A stretch of DNA of 53,122 nucleotides, taken from contig CAMJOD010000001.1 of the NCBI GenBank assembly GCA_946407465.1, forward strand, positions 1-53,122, written 5' to 3'. This stretch comes from an uncultured Clostridia bacterium. GTDB lineage: Bacteria; Bacillota; Clostridia; Oscillospirales; Acutalibacteraceae. A model generated the notes under the pieces. The model made no database searches and was not told where the DNA came from. It saw nothing but the letters and a program-made list of their open reading frames with translations. Positions 17,107 through 25,079 of the stretch are shown piece by piece; within the stretch, counting starts at the first letter, position 1, and every line of letters begins with the position of its first letter. The translations under genes and the position numbers were made by a program.

Positions 17107-19076
17107 TGCAGGTGCGCTTTGAAAAAACAACAGGGGATTTGAGCCTTGTCGGCAGCATGCCGCCGCGTGACGTCGGACTCTATGAGATATTCAACATCAT
17201 GCTCGACCTGCTGCTCGACGTCCGTACCGAAACAGGCAGAGAGCCGAGCGCCTTGCCGGTCAATGCGGACGCGGCGGCAAAATGGATAGCTGTCGCCAAC
17301 GCGCTGCTGAGCGTTCCCATCGAGGCGGACAACCTCGCTGTCACCGAGCACCGCGCCAAGCGGCTGACCAAGCTGCAAAACGAGCTGCGTCAAAAATCAC
17401 AAAAAATGGAGGCGCACAGGGGAGAGATTGACCGTCTGCTCGAGGAAGAACAGCAGATGAATCAAAAGCTGCACGCATATGAGCAGACGCACGCGCGGTT
17501 CCTCGCGTTGGAAGAAAAGCGAAAGGAGCAGCAGGCGGAAGCGGAGGAGCTTGAAAAAGAAATCGCCGCGCTCGACAAAATAGATTTTGAGACTGTCTCC
17601 GAGCGGCGCAGACAGCTTTTGCAGACCAAGGCGGAAAAGCAAAAGCGGCTGCAAACATATACCGAATATGCCGAGCAGCTCAACGTTCTTTTGGGCGAGC
17701 TGGAGCAGACAAACAGCGCCGTCGCCGATGTCAGCCGCCAAATCGACGAGGCGGCACAGCAGCACCAAGCCGCACAGCAGGCGCTGCGCGACAAGCTCCA
17801 AGACGTCAAGCGGCAGCAGGAGGAAGCCGACAAAGCCGCCGAACAGCTCGAAGCCGAAACCGACGCGCAGCAGGCGGTTCTGATTCAAAAGCAAAAGGAT
17901 TACGCCGAAGCCTGCGACAAATTGCAGGCACTGCGCGAAAAGAAAAAGACACAGGAGGCGTCGCTCGCCGCTGTCAGCGAACAGACCGAAGCGCTGCATG
18001 TCAAAATTGCCGACATACAAAAGAGTATAGCGGACGGCGCCAAGCTGGCGGAGGCACTGCAGGAGGAGCTTGACGGGCTGACGGCGCAAAAGGAGCAGGC
18101 AACAGCCGAACAGCAGGCGCTCAACGGCGACATCAAAACCCTCAAATGGGAAACGGAAGAAATACAGGAACGCGAAGCGGCGTTCCGTCAAAAATATGAG
18201 GAGCTGCTCGAAGAAAAGAGCAAGCTCGACCTTGACCTCAACACCTGCCGCGCCAATATCAACCAAACCAATCTCGACATAGCGCGGCTGCAAACGCAAA
18301 TCAAGCAGGAGCAGGAGCAGCTGGACGAAAAAGAAGAGGAACGCGCCTTTGTACAGTCGCGTCTCGAAAAGACGCAGCAGGAATTTGTGCGGCTCACCAG
18401 CAAAATCGACGCGCTGCGCGGCGAGCTGGTGACCGTCAACAACCAAATTGCCGCCGCCGGTACCGAGGAATCGGAGCTGCGCGCCAAGCTGGCAGTGCAG
18501 AAGGACGAGCTGAACGCCGTTATCGGCAGCAAGAGCGAAGCCGTTCGGCAATTGAGCGGTGAGATAGAGAGTCTGAAAACACAGCTCGCCAACGTGACGG
18601 AGGTCAGCGACACCCTCGCCTGCGAAAAGACCGAGGCAGCCAAGCGCCACGCCGACAAGCAGACACAGCTGACGGCGCTGCAGCAGGAAATCAGGCACCT
18701 GCACGCCGAGACAGAGGCGCTGCAGCAGGAAAAGCTGGATTGCGCCAAGAACAAGGAGCAGATGGAAAACAAGCTGACGGAGCTGAACAAGGACATCCGG
18801 CTCTATCAGGAGTTTTTTGATTCGGACGAATGCAAGCGGACGCAGCTGGAAATTGACCGCCTCGGACGGATTGCGCATCTCTATCAGGACGGCGTCAAGA
18901 AGCTGTTCAACGGCATGACGCCGCCGGCGGAGCATCTGGGCAACCTGCGGCAGTATTATTACGAAATGCGCAGCAAGCTCAGCGCGCAGCTCGCCGCGGT
19001 GCGCGGCGGACTCGATACCCTCAGCACGGGTTATCTTGATTTGATAGCCAGGATTGAAAAAGAGGTGAACGGATGA
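17103..19076 (+). CDS. Long coiled-coil protein without ATPase motifs
   Basis: About 500 aa of continuous E/Q/K/L heptads; overlaps both neighbours (GTGA/ATGA coupling). Confidence 0.82.
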   Translation: MMQVRFEKTTGDLSLVGSMPPRDVGLYEIFNIMLDLLLDVRTETGREPSALPVNADAAAKWIAVANALLSVPIEADNLAVTEHRAKRLTKLQNELRQKSQKMEAHRGEIDRLLEEEQQMNQKLHAYEQTHARFLALEEKRKEQQAEAEELEKEIAALDKIDFETVSERRRQLLQTKAEKQKRLQTYTEYAEQLNVLLGELEQTNSAVADVSRQIDEAAQQHQAAQQALRDKLQDVKRQQEEADKAAEQLEAETDAQQAVLIQKQKDYAEACDKLQALREKKKTQEASLAAVSEQTEALHVKIADIQKSIADGAKLAEALQEELDGLTAQKEQATAEQQALNGDIKTLKWETEEIQEREAAFRQKYEELLEEKSKLDLDLNTCRANINQTNLDIARLQTQIKQEQEQLDEKEEERAFVQSRLEKTQQEFVRLTSKIDALRGELVTVNNQIAAAGTEESELRAKLAVQKDELNAVIGSKSEAVRQLSGEIESLKTQLANVTEVSDTLACEKTEAAKRHADKQTQLTALQQEIRHLHAETEALQQEKLDCAKNKEQMENKLTELNKDIRLYQEFFDSDECKRTQLEIDRLGRIAHLYQDGVKKLFNGMTPPAEHLGNLRQYYYEMRSKLSAQLAAVRGGLDTLSTGYLDLIARIEKEVNG

Positions 19077-19567
19077 GGTGCATATGCTGCCGCAGTCCGG
19101 TGGAGGAAGAAAAGGTTTGCTGTCCGCGCTGCGGCTTTCCGCTGTTGGGCGGCGACCGGGAGAACAGACAGAAGATTGCCGGCGACTACCGCAAAAAGCT
19201 GCTCGGCGGCACGTTTCTTTCCGTCCGGCAATATTATTACGGCTATGACGGCAACGGCGATTTGCAGGAGCTGAAAAGCGAATATGTCCGCGCGGCATGC
19301 GCCGGTGAGCTGCCGCCGGAGGGCATTCTGTGGCTCGACTGCGCATTTGCGCCTCTAGCGTCGGGACGGGATGTGGAGCTGGATATACAAATTCAAAACG
19401 GCAGCCGTTCGCACAGTGCCAGGCTGCTTGTCGCGGCAGGCAAGCTGGACCGGATGACGCGGCTGGGCATTTACAGCGACGAGGGCTTGCGCATCCGCTT
19501 TGCGGTCGGAAACGGAACCGAAGCCGTTTTGTCGGACAGCGTGCCGTTACTTATTAATCAGAACTAA
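19073..19567 (+). CDS. Zinc-ribbon protein with beta-rich C-terminal domain
   Basis: MRCICC...CCPRCGFP; ATGA overlap with the upstream stop and GAGG RBS. Confidence 0.75.
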   Translation: MRCICCRSPVEEEKVCCPRCGFPLLGGDRENRQKIAGDYRKKLLGGTFLSVRQYYYGYDGNGDLQELKSEYVRAACAGELPPEGILWLDCAFAPLASGRDVELDIQIQNGSRSHSARLLVAAGKLDRMTRLGIYSDEGLRIRFAVGNGTEAVLSDSVPLLINQN

Positions 19568-19584
19568 ATCGGAGGTATATTTCA

Positions 19585-21027
19585 ATGGGATTTTTTTCAA
19601 AAAAAAGCAAAGACCCAAACCCTGTCAACGATGCTGTCAAAAAGAGCATCCAAGAGGCGGAGCAACAGCAGGAGACCCAGCTGAAGCTGGTTGAGGTTCG
19701 CAAAACAAAGGAAGACATCGACAATGATTTCTTTGATTTGGTCACCAGCCGCGAAGTGGCGGAAAAGAGCCACAAGGCAGCGCAGGCAAACGAAAGCAAG
19801 CTCGAAAAGCTGGAGCAGGCGGACGCCGCCAACAAGGCGACCGGCAAGGAGAATGTCAGCAAGCTCTGGGAGATGGAAAAGGATATTTACATCATTCCCG
19901 GCGGCTATGCAGAAGCGCCCGGCGAAAACAACGATGTTCCGCGCAACAATCTGGACGTCTACAACCGCGCCGTTGAGCAGCTGGCGCGTCAATACAAGGC
20001 AAAAACACCGGCTGAGGCGGTGGAAACGGGAGCGGATCAGCTCTATCCCTATATCAAAAAATACGTCAACAGTCTCCGCAGCGCTATCGAGAGCGGACGC
20101 GCCATGAAGGCGAACGCCTGCATCGACATGCTCCGTTATGTGCTGAACATCGGCTACCGCTACGAGGACGCCGCGACGCCCGAAAAGTTCAATGAGCGCG
20201 TGAGAAAAAAGGTAGAATTTATGGAGAACACCGGCAGCTACCTTCTCAGTGACATCGACTACTACTACCAGCTTTTGGCGAACTACGAGCTGGAGGAAGC
20301 CGCCTACGCGCAGTACCTCGAAGAATTTGACAGAATCGTGGGGCCGTATCTCCGCGACTGTCCGCCCGAAATCAAAGAGAAGCTCAATCATCTCGGCTTC
20401 AAGCGCGCCATGCGCGAGCTGCCTGCCGGTGACGACGCCAGAAAATATCTGGGTATTCTGATTGCCTCCGAGGCATTCCTGACCCGTGCGCTGATGAGCA
20501 GCCTGCGTCTGGAGGCGTTCTCCATGGAGATTCTCCGCATGCGCGGCAATATTCAGGAGCTTGTCAACGAGTGCAAAAAGGCGTTTGTCGCGTCGGGCGA
20601 CGACTTTGACTACAACGCGCAGTTCCGCGCGATGGAGAAAATCCGTCAGAAGAACATAGCCGAAATCAACCGTCTCAACGATATTGTCGCCGAGGAGGAG
20701 GACTTTACCAGAAGAACGCAGTCGCTCCTCAAGGAGGCAGCCGAGAACGAAAAGCTTGCCCTCGCAGTGGCGCGTGCGGCGGAGTCAATCGAAAAATACA
20801 ACAAGCTGCAAAAGCGCAACGAGAATTTGAGAAAGCGCGAAAACGAAGCGCGCGGCGCCTATATCGAAGAAAAACAGCGACTTGAGGAAGAAATGCTCAA
20901 GGAAAAGCAATTACAGCTCGAGGAGGACGAGCGCCTCAGACGTATTGAGGAGGAGCTGGCGCAGCAGGAGTCGGAAAATGAGACCATGACCTACGAAGAA
21001 CCGGTCGAGGAACTGTATACCGAATAA
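19585..21027 (+). CDS. All-helical/coiled-coil protein with N-terminal MGFFSKK amphipathic peptide
   Basis: GGAGG RBS; 480 aa of helical composition with an acidic C-terminus. Confidence 0.8.
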   Translation: MGFFSKKSKDPNPVNDAVKKSIQEAEQQQETQLKLVEVRKTKEDIDNDFFDLVTSREVAEKSHKAAQANESKLEKLEQADAANKATGKENVSKLWEMEKDIYIIPGGYAEAPGENNDVPRNNLDVYNRAVEQLARQYKAKTPAEAVETGADQLYPYIKKYVNSLRSAIESGRAMKANACIDMLRYVLNIGYRYEDAATPEKFNERVRKKVEFMENTGSYLLSDIDYYYQLLANYELEEAAYAQYLEEFDRIVGPYLRDCPPEIKEKLNHLGFKRAMRELPAGDDARKYLGILIASEAFLTRALMSSLRLEAFSMEILRMRGNIQELVNECKKAFVASGDDFDYNAQFRAMEKIRQKNIAEINRLNDIVAEEEDFTRRTQSLLKEAAENEKLALAVARAAESIEKYNKLQKRNENLRKRENEARGAYIEEKQRLEEEMLKEKQLQLEEDERLRRIEEELAQQESENETMTYEEPVEELYTE

Positions 21028-21045
21028 CAGAAAGGAGAATGCCGT

Positions 21046-21918
21046 ATGTTTTGGGACAAAAACCTCCGCGATGCCAAAAAAGCGGAAAAAAAGATGGAAA
21101 AAAGGGTAAAAGAGGCAGAAAACCTTGTAAAAGCCAATGACACCCTGACCGATATAGCGCAGAAAAAAGAAAAGCTCGGCGATACCTTTGCCAGCGAGAC
21201 ATGGTACAACAAGCACCTCACCCGCACACAGCTGGACGACGAAATCCGCGAGGCGCGTCAAAACCTCTTTATACAGCGCGACCGCCTGCTGTTCAGGCTG
21301 AAAAACGCGACCAAGGAATACAAAGCCGTTCTCCAAAAGCCCAACACCAGCGTCAAGCGCAAGGAGCTGGCGCGCTGCTCTGCTACCGCCAAAAACGCCG
21401 CCTATGCACTGGCGGTTGTGGAGGATGCCATTGACCGTTTGGACAGCATCCGCTCAGAGCAGGAGTGGCGCGACATTATGCGCGATCTGACCAACGGCTA
21501 CAAGCTGGTCAACGCCATCTCCACCGGCTCCGATTTGATGACGCGCTTTGCGTTCTGGCTCCAAAAGGCAAAAAGCGAGATAAAGGGCGACATCTCGGTC
21601 GAGGCGATGGAATACTACTTCGGCAAGCCGATTGACAAGCTCCTCGAGGAGCAGACCGGCACCGAAAAGGCGGCGGACATGCTTGTCAAAAATTCTCTCC
21701 TCGACTTGGATGACGAAGACGAGCTGCTCGAGGCGATTCGCTGGGGCTCGGCGTTTACCGTAACGCCTGCCGAGGCGGCTGATGTGGCGGCGCAGCAGAG
21801 CACCTATGCCGGCAGGCGCGGCGATACGCCCATCTTTAATGAAACGAGAGACATCAAGGGCGTCGGTGATTTGGACTTCTCCGCCATTAACGATGACGAT
21901 ATGCCCACCATGTTTTAA
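21046..21918 (+). CDS. Helical protein, candidate Snf7/ESCRT-III-like
   Basis: AAAGGAG RBS; basic helical N-terminal half, acidic C-terminal half ending DDDMPTMF. The ORF is solid; the fold call is pattern-based. Confidence 0.6.
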   Translation: MFWDKNLRDAKKAEKKMEKRVKEAENLVKANDTLTDIAQKKEKLGDTFASETWYNKHLTRTQLDDEIREARQNLFIQRDRLLFRLKNATKEYKAVLQKPNTSVKRKELARCSATAKNAAYALAVVEDAIDRLDSIRSEQEWRDIMRDLTNGYKLVNAISTGSDLMTRFAFWLQKAKSEIKGDISVEAMEYYFGKPIDKLLEEQTGTEKAADMLVKNSLLDLDDEDELLEAIRWGSAFTVTPAEAADVAAQQSTYAGRRGDTPIFNETRDIKGVGDLDFSAINDDDMPTMF

Positions 21919-21935
21919 GGGGAGAGGAGAGCAAA

Positions 21936-23597
21936 ATGGACACATCTTTGTTGCGCAACCTAAAGAATAAAGAAAACCGCTGCAGCAACTACAAGCGGCA
22001 GGCGGACACCATTTATATGCAGAACAACCGCCGGTACACCGAGGATCAGTGCCTGCTTTTGCAGCGAGCCGCCGATTTGGAGTCCGAGATGGCAAGCATG
22101 ACCATCGGCGCCGAGCGCGAGCACCATATCCGCGAAAAAAATCGTCTGGACTATGAGATCATGCGTATTCGCAGCGTGCTGGACGGCACGATTGCAAAGA
22201 CCGGCGACAAAGAAAAAAAGACCGGCAAGCCTGCGACGGGCAAGGAAAAGAGCAAGGACGAGCAGGAGCTGGACAGCGCCGTCCGCACCTGGTACAAGGA
22301 CAAGCCGCGCCATTCCTTTGAGGATGTCGCCGGTATGGAGGAAATGAAAAAGAAGCTCGCCGGCTGCATTGCCGACGCGCAGGCAGGCGACCTCCGCGAA
22401 TACCTCAAAATACCCAAGCTGAACTCCTATTTCTTTGTGGGACCTCCCGGCTGCGGCAAGACCTATATTGTCGAGGCGTTTGCCCATGAGCTGATGGATC
22501 AGGACTACAAATTCATCTCCATTCTCGGCTCCGACATCATCAGCAAATACGTCGGCGCCGCCGAAAAGAGCGTCACCCGTCTTTTTGAGGAGGCGGTCAA
22601 CAACGCGCCCTGCATCGTGTTTATCGACGAAATCGACAGCCTGTGCAAAAACCGCTCGCTGCCCAACCTTCCCGAATACGCGGCAAACATCACCACCTCC
22701 TTCCTGACAGGCTACAACCGCATTCACAGCGAGGATTCCAAGGTGATTTTTATCGCCGCCACCAACTATCCCAACCGCGTGGACGCCGCCATGCTCGACC
22801 GTGCCGAGATTATCCGTCTGCCGCTTCCCGACAAGGAGGCGCGAAAGGCTGCGTTTGTCCGCTATTTTGAGGGCATTGTGCAGCTCAAAAAGGGCTTGAC
22901 CTTTGATTTGATGGCGGAAAAAACATGGCGCTTCAACTACCGTGACATCGAGCGTCTGACATCCGCGCTAAAGCTGGCGCTGTTCCATGATGTGCTCGAT
23001 TTGTTCGGCGACCAGGCGCTCGCCATCGAAGCGCTGACCTCCGGCAAGTTTAAGCTTTCCGCCGAAAGATTTGACGAGGTGTTCGAAAGCTTCAAGCCCT
23101 CGCCCAAGGAAATGATTATCAACGACCTTGTGGCATGGGAAAAGTCCGTTCAGTCCGTGGTGGACTTTGCCGAGACCGACACCGCCTCGCTCTACGACTG
23201 CGAGCCGATTGCCGCCCACAAGAGCGCAAGCGCCGAAGCGGCACCGGAGCAGGACGAGGAAGAACCGGAGGAGCCGGAGGAAGCCGCGCCTGCCGCAGAG
23301 CCGGAGAACACCGAGCCGGTCTATCCGCTCAGCGAGAGCTTTACCGTTGATCCGCTGCTGGGCGTTGCCGAAATCCGTTTCCGCATCGGCGCACGCAAGG
23401 CAAACGGCGTCAAGGCGTATGTCAACAGCGCTCCCGTTGACCTCGAAACCGACGGCAGCGACTATTGGTTTTTCGTGGAGCCGGACGAGGACAGCGACGC
23501 GCTCGATGTGTTTGTCAAGGACGAGGCAGGCTATATCGGCGCCTTTACCGCCGTGATCAACCGCGCCATCAGCGACAACAAGGATTTTGATATTTAG
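21936..23597 (+). CDS. AAA+ ATPase, Vps4/CdvC-like, with MIT-like N-terminus and extra C-terminal beta domain
   Basis: KPRHSFEDVAG, GPPGCGKT, SDIISKYVG..EK.V..LF, IVFIDEIDSL, AATNYP, LPLPD. Confidence 0.85.
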   Translation: MDTSLLRNLKNKENRCSNYKRQADTIYMQNNRRYTEDQCLLLQRAADLESEMASMTIGAEREHHIREKNRLDYEIMRIRSVLDGTIAKTGDKEKKTGKPATGKEKSKDEQELDSAVRTWYKDKPRHSFEDVAGMEEMKKKLAGCIADAQAGDLREYLKIPKLNSYFFVGPPGCGKTYIVEAFAHELMDQDYKFISILGSDIISKYVGAAEKSVTRLFEEAVNNAPCIVFIDEIDSLCKNRSLPNLPEYAANITTSFLTGYNRIHSEDSKVIFIAATNYPNRVDAAMLDRAEIIRLPLPDKEARKAAFVRYFEGIVQLKKGLTFDLMAEKTWRFNYRDIERLTSALKLALFHDVLDLFGDQALAIEALTSGKFKLSAERFDEVFESFKPSPKEMIINDLVAWEKSVQSVVDFAETDTASLYDCEPIAAHKSASAEAAPEQDEEEPEEPEEAAPAAEPENTEPVYPLSESFTVDPLLGVAEIRFRIGARKANGVKAYVNSAPVDLETDGSDYWFFVEPDEDSDALDVFVKDEAGYIGAFTAVINRAISDNKDFDI

Positions 23598-23606
23598 GGT
23601 GAGCCG

Positions 23607-25076
23607 ATGGATGCAGAAAACACAGCCTCCCTGCCCTTTGAGCAGCGGTTCCGCACCTGCTTCGGCGATATGCTCGTCTGCAAAACGCCTGCCAACTCCA
23701 AGCTGTTTGCCGAGATGAATCTGCCGTCGTTTATCCGCGACTGGCTGATGATGCGCTTCTCCGACAAAAACGGCGCCGTTGACCAAAAAAAGCTGACAGC
23801 GTATATAAAAAAGACCATACCGGACAAGGCGCAGTGGAACAACATGCTGGTGGACATGCTCTGCCACAACCAAACCGCGCGGTTTCTTGCCAAGGTCAAA
23901 ATAGATTTTGATATGAAAAAAAAGCAGGCGCTGTTCTCGCTGCCTGCGTTTCAGGTGCCTGCCCGCAAGGGTGAGGCGGTGGTGGACTGGCAGGTCATCG
24001 AGAAGCACCGCGACGAGCTGCTGTCCTCCGCCGACGTGTGGGGCATCGTCAGTATTCGCTGCGAGTCCGACGCCGAGGGAAAGAACAATCTCTTCAAGCT
24101 GATTGATTTCACACCCTTTTGTCCGTATAACATCGACCTGAATTACTACATCAGCGCGCGTCCGTTCTTCTCCGTCTCCGAGTGGATTGACATCGTGCTG
24201 TCCGCCATGGACTACAACCCGAACGGCTATCAAAGCGAAGCCGAAAAAACAGCGGTGCTCAAACGCCTGCTGCCCTTTGTGGAAAAGCGCGTCAACCTGG
24301 TTGAGCTCGCGCCCAAGGAGACGGGCAAGTCCTATATGTTCTCGCGCCTGAGCCGGTACGGATGGCTCATCAGCGGCGGCAGCATCTCACGCGCCAAAAT
24401 GTTTTATGATATTTCCAAGCGCACCAACGGTCTTGTTTCCAAGTACGACTATGTGGCGCTGGACGAGATTTCGAGCATCAAATTTACCGATAAAATGGAA
24501 ATGCAGGGCGCCTTAAAGGGCTACCTCGAAAGCGGTGACTACCATGTCGGTGATTACCGCGGCGTGGGCGAGGCAGGCGTGGTGCTGCTCGGCAACATCA
24601 GCAGCGCCTCCATGGACACCAATCTCAATATGTTTGAGCAGCTTGCCGATTTCTTCCGTGATTCCGCGCTGCTCGATCGCTTCCACGGCTTTATCAAGGG
24701 CTGGGATATTCCCAAGATGCACGAAGGGCTGAAGGCAAACGGCTGGGCGCTCAACACCGAATATTTTGTGGAAATCCTGCACGCCCTGCGCACGTGCTCC
24801 GTCTACCGTTCGGTGGTGGACAGACTCATTGAGGTGGAGCCGAACGCCGCGGTGCGCGACACCGAGGCGATCAAGCGTTTGGCGACCGCCTATCTCAAGC
24901 TGTTGTTTCCGCATGTGACAGAGCCGGACAAGATTGCTCCCGGGGAATTTCGGCACTATTGTCTGGAGCCTGCCATGGAAATGCGCGGCATCATCAAAAC
25001 CCAGCTCGGCATCATTGACCCGGGTGAATTTGGCGGCAAGACCATTCCTGCCGTTCGGCTGCGTGCGGAGGTGTAG
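23607..25076 (+). CDS. brxL: BrxL-like protein lacking the Lon protease domain (short TIGR02688-like form)
   Basis: LPSFIRDWL, RLLPFVEKRVNLVELAPKETGKS, DYVALDEI, LKGYLESG and SALLDRFHGFIKGW motifs; 489 aa. Confidence 0.85.
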   Translation: MDAENTASLPFEQRFRTCFGDMLVCKTPANSKLFAEMNLPSFIRDWLMMRFSDKNGAVDQKKLTAYIKKTIPDKAQWNNMLVDMLCHNQTARFLAKVKIDFDMKKKQALFSLPAFQVPARKGEAVVDWQVIEKHRDELLSSADVWGIVSIRCESDAEGKNNLFKLIDFTPFCPYNIDLNYYISARPFFSVSEWIDIVLSAMDYNPNGYQSEAEKTAVLKRLLPFVEKRVNLVELAPKETGKSYMFSRLSRYGWLISGGSISRAKMFYDISKRTNGLVSKYDYVALDEISSIKFTDKMEMQGALKGYLESGDYHVGDYRGVGEAGVVLLGNISSASMDTNLNMFEQLADFFRDSALLDRFHGFIKGWDIPKMHEGLKANGWALNTEYFVEILHALRTCSVYRSVVDRLIEVEPNAAVRDTEAIKRLATAYLKLLFPHVTEPDKIAPGEFRHYCLEPAMEMRGIIKTQLGIIDPGEFGGKTIPAVRLRAEV

Positions 25077-25079
25077 GCG

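Noticed and set aside
17103-19076. SMC/Wadjet JetC or SbcC
   Set aside because: No Walker A/B, signature motif or hinge; coiled coil only.
23607-25076. Calling the locus a BREX system
   Set aside because: No PglZ phosphatase domain, PglX/BrxP or BrxC in the window; only brxL.
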